From positions 1-32,031 of the forward strand of contig JAEYRN010000089.1 in assembly GCA_023435565.1 (NCBI GenBank): a stretch of 32,031 bases of DNA, written 5' to 3'. Position numbers and translations under genes: made by a program. Numbering within the stretch: position 1 is the first letter of the stretch; every line of letters begins with the position of its first letter. The notes beneath the pieces were generated by a model that did no database searches, had not been told where the DNA came from, and saw only the letters and a program-made list of their open reading frames with translations. Shown here one piece after another: positions 26,881 to 32,031 of the stretch. The stretch comes from Bacillota bacterium (GTDB taxonomy: Bacteria > Bacillota > UBA4882 > UBA8346).

Positions 26881-27453
26881 CTAATTTTTCTTTACTACCA
26901 GTACTTCATCATTTACTACTTCCGTGACTTTGATTGGTGTGCCGGTAGGCAACGTTTCGCCGTCAGTCATGGCATCTATTTCTCGAATTGAGCCTTGAAT
27001 GGTGATTTGTACTTGGCCGGTTCCCGACCGGTTGGCGGGAATCGGAAGATATACTTTACCAAATGCATTTTGGGCATTGGATAGGGTAATGTTGCCGCTT
27101 TCCGTCAGTTTGGTCATTAAAAAGAACATCCCGGCTACTGCGAACATTAAAAAAAGACCTACCAAAAAAGCAATCAATGTTGAAGTTACTTGATTAAATC
27201 CCGCGTGGACAGCGAAAATTCCAGCCCAACCAAATCCGGTGAAGAAGATGATAAAATTCCTCAATGTGAACAGACGGAAACCGGCGATAAAATCAGCTTC
27301 ATGGTTGATATCCGTATTGTCTAAGCCGCCATCATGCCAGTCGAGGCCTATAAAGGTTAGGATGAGCTGAAATGAGAATACAACAGTAAAGGGAATTGCA
27401 AAATACCAAAAAATTCTTTCAAAAGCAGGGATATTATTCCACCACTCCGACAT
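26881..27453 (-). CDS. NfeD-family membrane protein (YuaF-like flotillin partner).
   Basis: It has TM helices plus a C-terminal OB-fold (GQVQITIQGSIREIDAMTDGETLPTGTPIKVTEVVNDEVLVV). The start is ATG 27453 with AAAGGTGGAG 6 nt upstream. The stop lies 36 nt upstream of the flotillin start. Confidence 0.8.
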   Translation of the reverse strand: MSEWWNNIPAFERIFWYFAIPFTVVFSFQLILTFIGLDWHDGGLDNTDINHEADFIAGFRLFTLRNFIIFFTGFGWAGIFAVHAGFNQVTSTLIAFLVGLFLMFAVAGMFFLMTKLTESGNITLSNAQNAFGKVYLPIPANRSGTGQVQITIQGSIREIDAMTDGETLPTGTPIKVTEVVNDEVLVVKKN

Positions 27454-27712
27454 AAAACTCTCCACCTTTCTGTTTTGAATCGGAATTGATTGAATAGTTT
27501 CAACAATTTTTAGATGTTCTCCTTCTTTGTGGAATTAACTTAACAAAAAAGTAGGATTTTACAAAAGAGATATATAAATGCATATTAGAAATAAATTCAA
27601 ATGGAAAGGAGTTTGTTAAATAGTAACAAATAATATAAATAATACAATAGACCAATATATATGTAGAAATAAGTTCTATAAAGTATTCACATAACCAAAA
27701 GGAGAGTTGATA

Positions 27713-29218
27713 ATGAATTTCAAACTGCAGGAACTGAAAGACCGCCTGATCGAAATTAATAATCTAAAAGCGGCGCTGGCTGTTTTATCTTGGGACCAGA
27801 TGACATTCATGCCGCCGGGAGGAGCCGAGTCCCGGGGCAGGCAAATGGCCACTTTGGAGCGGTTATCTCATGAGAAGTTTATCGCCCCGGCAATTGGTAA
27901 ACTTTTAGATGAGCTCAGTCCTTTGCTTTCGGAGTTACCTCCGGAATCGGAAGATGCTGCTTTAATCAGAATGACCACCCGTGATTATCAGCAAGCGGTA
28001 AAGGTTCCGCCATCCTTTGCCGCGGAATTCTCCGAGCATACTTCTAAAACATATGAGGCCTGGGCACGGGCCAGGGCAGAACACAACTTCAAAATAGTAG
28101 AAGCTTTGCTTGAAAAAACTCTGGAATATAGTAGGCAAATTGCAAACTTTTATCCGGGTTATCAGCATATTGCCGATCCGTTAATTGATCAATTGGATGA
28201 AGGTATGACCGTCGCTATAATCCGGCCGCTTTTTCAGAGACTACGGGATCAACTCACTCCATTGGTCAAGGCAATTGCATCTCAACCGGGACCGGATGAT
28301 TCTTGCTTACGACAGCGGTTTTCCGAGTCTGAACAATTGGCATTCGGCCTGGAGGTAGCTAAAAGTCTTGGTTACGATTTTAATAGGGGCCGTCAGGATA
28401 AGAGCCCCCATCCTTTTACCACCAGCTTTGCCATTGGCGATGTCCGGATTACTACCCGGATCAAAGAGAAATTTTTGAGTGAGGCCTTATTTAGCACCAT
28501 TCATGAAACCGGTCATGCCCTTTATGAGCAGGGGATTAATCCGGATTTCGACGGCACCCCCCTCGCCGACGGCGCCTCCATGTCAATCCATGAAAGCCAG
28601 TCCCGGCTTTGGGAGAACTTAGTAGGGCGGGGACGTAATTTTTGGGAGCATTTTTATCCAAGACTGCAGTTAGTCTTCCCGGAACAGTTGAAACAGTTTT
28701 CTTTGGAAGATTTTTATCGGGCCATCAATAAAGTGGAGCGTTCTTTGATACGGACCGACGCCGACGAAGTTACATATAATCTCCATGTAATGATTAGATT
28801 TAATCTGGAAACTGAGTTATTGGAGGGGAAATTGGCGGTTAAAGATTTGCCGGAGGCTTGGATGGAAAGTTATCGGAGGGATTTGGTTGTAGTACCGCCC
28901 GATGACTCCTTGGGGGTTCTCCAGGACATGCATTGGTTTAGCGGTACCATTGGCGGCTATTTCCAAAGTTATACCTTAGGGAACATCCTGAGCGCCCAGT
29001 TTTATGAGGCCGCATTGCAAGCCAATCCCAATATTCCGGCGGCGATTGCGACGGGTAACTTCAATAGTTTACATAGTTGGCTAAAAGAAAATATTTACCG
29101 TTATGGCCGACAGTATTCGGCGGCGGAAATTATCAAAACTGCAACAGGCCGGGATTTGGAGATTGAACCTTACATCAGGTATTTAAAGACGAAGTACGGG
29201 GAGCTTTATGGGGTATAA
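27713..29218 (+). CDS. Carboxypeptidase Taq-type metallopeptidase (family M32).
   Basis: It has the HEXXH motif HETGHALYEQG and is about 500 aa, with M32-typical N- and C-terminal conservation (DMHWFSGTIGGYFQSYTLGN). The RBS is AAAGGAGAG. Confidence 0.85.
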   Translation: MNFKLQELKDRLIEINNLKAALAVLSWDQMTFMPPGGAESRGRQMATLERLSHEKFIAPAIGKLLDELSPLLSELPPESEDAALIRMTTRDYQQAVKVPPSFAAEFSEHTSKTYEAWARARAEHNFKIVEALLEKTLEYSRQIANFYPGYQHIADPLIDQLDEGMTVAIIRPLFQRLRDQLTPLVKAIASQPGPDDSCLRQRFSESEQLAFGLEVAKSLGYDFNRGRQDKSPHPFTTSFAIGDVRITTRIKEKFLSEALFSTIHETGHALYEQGINPDFDGTPLADGASMSIHESQSRLWENLVGRGRNFWEHFYPRLQLVFPEQLKQFSLEDFYRAINKVERSLIRTDADEVTYNLHVMIRFNLETELLEGKLAVKDLPEAWMESYRRDLVVVPPDDSLGVLQDMHWFSGTIGGYFQSYTLGNILSAQFYEAALQANPNIPAAIATGNFNSLHSWLKENIYRYGRQYSAAEIIKTATGRDLEIEPYIRYLKTKYGELYGV

Positions 29219-29239
29219 ATATTATTAAAATATAGTTCT

Positions 29240-29305
29240 TTCTCTGTGCCTCCGTGCCTCAGTGGCCAATAATTAGTTTAGCCACAGAGACACTGAGACA
29301 CAGAG
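29240..29305. repeat. Long imperfect inverted repeat (two 25-nt arms, 15-nt loop) between the convergent M32 and flavodoxin genes. It probably acts as a terminator.
   Basis: TCTCTGTGCCTCCGTGCCTCAGTGGC ... GCCACAGAGACACTGAGACACAGAG. In my hand alignment 21 of 25 positions pair. The element is GC-rich relative to its surroundings and there is only a weak T-run after the plus-strand hairpin. Confidence 0.5.
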
Positions 29306-29310
29306 TATAT

Positions 29311-29838
29311 TCAACTTTTAGAAGTTACATATGAAATTAATGCTTTGATATTTTTCTTATCGGTAAAGTCCACCGGTTGATCAAAGGCGGCAAGCATGCC
29401 TGCTTCATCAGGAGTTGGGTTTTGTTTGTTTTTCAAGCTCCGTTTCATCATGGACATCACCGCTTTAAAAAGAGGTGTTAGTTTATTGAAATCAAAACCG
29501 CCTCGTAAATAAAAGAAACGGATCTGTTTTTGCAGGGTTGGGCTGAAGTTTCTATTTAAGACATCTTCGAAAACTTTTTCGCCGGTGGGAGAGGCGCCGG
29601 TTGCAAAGACAACGATTTTCTTATCTTTAAGTCGATCAAAGTTTTTCGTTATCAGTTTTACTCCATTGATACCGACTGCATATAAGCCACCGCCGTAAAT
29701 AATAGTATCGTATGCGGCCATCATTTTAGCGTTGACTTTAGAAGCTTCATAAATATCGGCTCCTAACTCCTGGCTGATCCATTCGGCGTAATTCTTGGTA
29801 TAACCAGATTTTGACTTATATATTACTAAAGTTTTCAT
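29311..29838 (-). CDS. Flavodoxin-like fold protein (FMN-binding, short-chain flavodoxin family).
   Basis: The N-terminus is MKTLVIYKSKSGYTKNYAEWI, a flavodoxin-type phosphate-binding loop. It is 175 aa. The RBS is AAGGAG. It lies 18 nt downstream of the htpG stop. Confidence 0.7.
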   Translation of the reverse strand: MKTLVIYKSKSGYTKNYAEWISQELGADIYEASKVNAKMMAAYDTIIYGGGLYAVGINGVKLITKNFDRLKDKKIVVFATGASPTGEKVFEDVLNRNFSPTLQKQIRFFYLRGGFDFNKLTPLFKAVMSMMKRSLKNKQNPTPDEAGMLAAFDQPVDFTDKKNIKALISYVTSKS

Positions 29839-29856
29839 GAACTGCTCCTTAAAATG

Positions 29857-31818
29857 TTATTCTTCCGCCGCAACCATTAATCCGGCAACCTTATTAGCGA
29901 ACTCCATCGGATCTTCAACCGAGAGGCCTTCGATTAACAGCGCTTGCCCGTAAAGCAGGTCGATATAATTCTTGAACTTTTCACTTCCGGAACCTGCTTC
30001 GAAAAGTTTTTTCAATTTGTTGAAAAGCTGATGGTTGGGGTTAATTTCTAGGATCCTGGAAGCCCGCATCATTTTCTGATCCATTTCAGCTAAGATCTGT
30101 TCCATTTGCAAGCTGATTCCATGTTCGGCACTGACAAGGCAAACCGCGCTGGATTTCAAGCGGCTACTTAACTTGACATCGGAAACTTTTCCACCCAGGT
30201 GGTCCTTGATCGTTTTTAACAAGGATTCGTTTTCTTTACCCAATTCTTCAGTGGCTTTCTTGGTTTCCTGATCCTTTTCACCCGTAAGGTTTAAATCGCC
30301 CCGGCTAATTGATTTGAAATGTTTCTCTTGATATTCGTGTAAACTCTCAATGGCAAATTCATCGACTCGATCGAAGAGATATAGCACTTCATATCCTTTT
30401 TCCCGTAAGATCTCCATTTGTGGCAAACGCTCTACCGCATTCCGATCTTTGCCGGCGGCATAGTAGATTTCACTTTGTTCCGCGGGCATTCGTTTTAGAT
30501 ATTCCGCCAGAGTAGTCAAACCGTCATCTTTTGAATGTGAAGAGTGGAAAAGAAGTAAATCCTGTAGTTTTTCCTTAGATTGAAAATCCATATAAATACC
30601 TGCTTTGATTGCTTTTCCAAATTCTTTCCAAAACGACTCGTATTTGGGACGGTCTTTATTCAAAAGGTTTTCCAGGGTCTTTAAGACACTTTTTTCAAGG
30701 TTTTTGCCAATCAGTTTCAATTGTTTGTCCTGTTGCAGAATCTCCCGGGAGATGTTGAGTGAAAAATCGGCGGAATCAACTAAGCCCCGGACAAATCCCA
30801 GATATTCCGGGAGTAGCTCCTGACAGTTATCCATAATAAAAACGTTCCTGGAGTAAAGCTTGATCCCTTGTTTAAAATCCCTGGTATAATAATCAAAGGG
30901 CGCGTGGGATGGGATATAAAGTAATGAAGTATACTCGACTACCCCTTCCGCCTTTGAATGAATCACTTCCAAAGGGTCATTCCAATCGTGAAAAACATTC
31001 TTATAAAACTCATGATATTCCTCGAGTGTGATTTCAGCTTTGTTTCTGGTCCAAAGCGGGGTCATTGAGTTAAGCGTCCGGGTCTCAACGGTGATTACCG
31101 GAGCGGCCCCCTCAATTATCTTCCCATCCTTATCGGTAGGTTTTTCTTCGTTGGTGAAGTCCATCTTAATTGGATAGCGGATATAATCGGAATATTTTTT
31201 AACCAAGTTTTGAATAGTATATTGGTTTAAAAAATTTTCCTCGGGTTTTTCAGGATTGCGGTATTCTTCGTTGAGCTTTAAAGTAATTGAAGTTCCGCGT
31301 TTCCCGCACTCAACTTCTTCAATGGTATACTGTCCGTCTCCGGTGGATTCCCATTTGACACCTTTAGCTGCGCCGGGAGCTTTAGTTATCATAGTCACCT
31401 GGTCTGTTACCATAAAAGCGGAGTAAAATCCGACGCCGAATTGGCCGATTAACTCGGTTTGGTCCTGGTTTTGTCCCTGACCTTGCAACTTTTCCAAGAA
31501 TACTTTGGTCCCTGATTTGGCTATTGTACCGATGTTTTCAACCACTTCATCATAGGTCATTCCGATTCCATTATCGGAAATGATCAAAGTATGATTTGCC
31601 TCATCGACCTTTAAGTAGATTTGAAATTCCGAGTCGCCTTCAAGCAGGTCGATATTGGTAAGGGACTGAAACCTAATTTTATCGATGGCGTCGGAAGCGT
31701 TGGAAATTAGTTCCCTTAAGAAAATCTCCCGGTTGGTATAGATTGAGTGGACCATCAGATCCAATAGTTGTTTGGTTTCAGCCTGAAATTGCCTGGTTTG
31801 TTTTTTAGTAGTATCCAT
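29857..31818 (-). CDS. htpG: Molecular chaperone HtpG (Hsp90 family).
   Basis: It has KQLLDLMVHSIYTNREIFLRELISNASDAIDK, the GHKL ATPase N-domain. It is 653 aa. The RBS is GGAGGAG. Confidence 0.95.
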   Translation of the reverse strand: MDTTKKQTRQFQAETKQLLDLMVHSIYTNREIFLRELISNASDAIDKIRFQSLTNIDLLEGDSEFQIYLKVDEANHTLIISDNGIGMTYDEVVENIGTIAKSGTKVFLEKLQGQGQNQDQTELIGQFGVGFYSAFMVTDQVTMITKAPGAAKGVKWESTGDGQYTIEEVECGKRGTSITLKLNEEYRNPEKPEENFLNQYTIQNLVKKYSDYIRYPIKMDFTNEEKPTDKDGKIIEGAAPVITVETRTLNSMTPLWTRNKAEITLEEYHEFYKNVFHDWNDPLEVIHSKAEGVVEYTSLLYIPSHAPFDYYTRDFKQGIKLYSRNVFIMDNCQELLPEYLGFVRGLVDSADFSLNISREILQQDKQLKLIGKNLEKSVLKTLENLLNKDRPKYESFWKEFGKAIKAGIYMDFQSKEKLQDLLLFHSSHSKDDGLTTLAEYLKRMPAEQSEIYYAAGKDRNAVERLPQMEILREKGYEVLYLFDRVDEFAIESLHEYQEKHFKSISRGDLNLTGEKDQETKKATEELGKENESLLKTIKDHLGGKVSDVKLSSRLKSSAVCLVSAEHGISLQMEQILAEMDQKMMRASRILEINPNHQLFNKLKKLFEAGSGSEKFKNYIDLLYGQALLIEGLSVEDPMEFANKVAGLMVAAEE

Positions 31819-31860
31819 TTTAAAGTCTCCTCCATCTATATTTTACCTTTTTCAAAGTGT

Positions 31861-31888
31861 ATTCTAACAATTTTTATGATTTTGTCAA
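31861..31888 (-). promoter_or_regulatory. SigA-type promoter of htpG.
   Basis: The minus strand has TTGACA (plus 31883-31888), a 16-nt spacer and TAGAAT (plus 31861-31866). Confidence 0.5.
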
Positions 31889-31917
31889 GTATTAAATCAA
31901 TACAGTGTGTTTATTCT

Positions 31918-31957
31918 GTGATAATGTCACCTTAAATTTATTCAGTGAAAATGTCAC
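31918..31957. promoter_or_regulatory. Two copies of the near-palindrome GTGAnAATGTCAC, 27 bp apart. This is a candidate operator.
   Basis: GTGATAATGTCAC is at 31918-31930 and GTGAAAATGTCAC at 31945-31957. Each has GTGA/TCAC inverted half-sites. They lie 30-70 bp upstream of the htpG -35 and 30-70 bp upstream of the edge ORF. Confidence 0.35.
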
Positions 31958-31986
31958 TGGTGTAAAATGGAAGGATGATATTATCA

Positions 31987-32031
31987 ATGAGTCAGAAACA
32001 AAGAACACGATTGCATGTTGCTCATTGTTTA
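31987..32031 (+). CDS. Possible 5' end of a plus-strand gene running off the window (MSQKQRTRLHVAHCL...).
   Basis: The ATG has GGAAGGATGA 9 nt upstream. Only 15 codons are visible, so the product cannot be identified. Confidence 0.2.
   Translation, partial: MSQKQRTRLHVAHCL

Noticed and set aside
31819-31990. CIRCE (HrcA) or CtsR heat-shock operators in front of htpG.
   Set aside because: There is no TTAGCACTC-N9-GAGTGCTAA element and no GGTCAAA tandem heptads. Only the unrelated GTGAnAATGTCAC pair is reported.

Overview
The window is about 32 kb of low-GC (~40%) chromosomal DNA with Gram-positive-style AGGAGG ribosome-binding sites. It is probably from an endospore-forming Firmicute: it carries a SleB-like cortex hydrolase, LysM proteins, a cold-shock protein and htpG. 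There are no rRNA or tRNA genes and no CRISPR array. Most coding sequences are recognisable housekeeping or envelope genes. Reading left to right these are:
- a multi-PAS hybrid histidine kinase;
- a membrane-anchored sulfatase-like enzyme;
- a secreted beta-lactamase-fold serine hydrolase;
- a tightly overlap-coupled six-gene plus-strand block of DmpA/S58 peptidase, CoaBC, a class I/II aminotransferase, two ABC-2 permeases and an ABC ATPase;
- a LysM-SleB hydrolase;
- a Na/Pi cotransporter with PhoU;
- a cspA-like gene;
- a YaiI/DUF188 gene with no canonical start codon;
- a double-LysM protein;
- a divergent second type IIA topoisomerase pair (B then A subunit, no GyrA box, so topo IV-like);
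- DegV;
- the NfeD-flotillin operon;
- an M32 carboxypeptidase;
- a flavodoxin-like protein and htpG.
The features the gene list does not explain are:
- a perfectly phased array of seven 21-bp tandem repeats (ATCGTAGAC core every two helical turns) in the divergent promoter region between the topoisomerase operon and degV;
- two short gene remnants, a GT1 glycosyltransferase C-terminus and a Crp/Fnr N-terminus;
- several long palindromes and hairpins at 17252-17290, 29240-29305 and 31918-31957;
- a 17-codon upstream ORF whose TAA overlaps the ATG of the beta-lactamase-family gene.
I found no canonical defence or mobile-element module. The repeat array and the unusual DmpA-CoaBC-aminotransferase-ABC operon are the items most worth follow-up.
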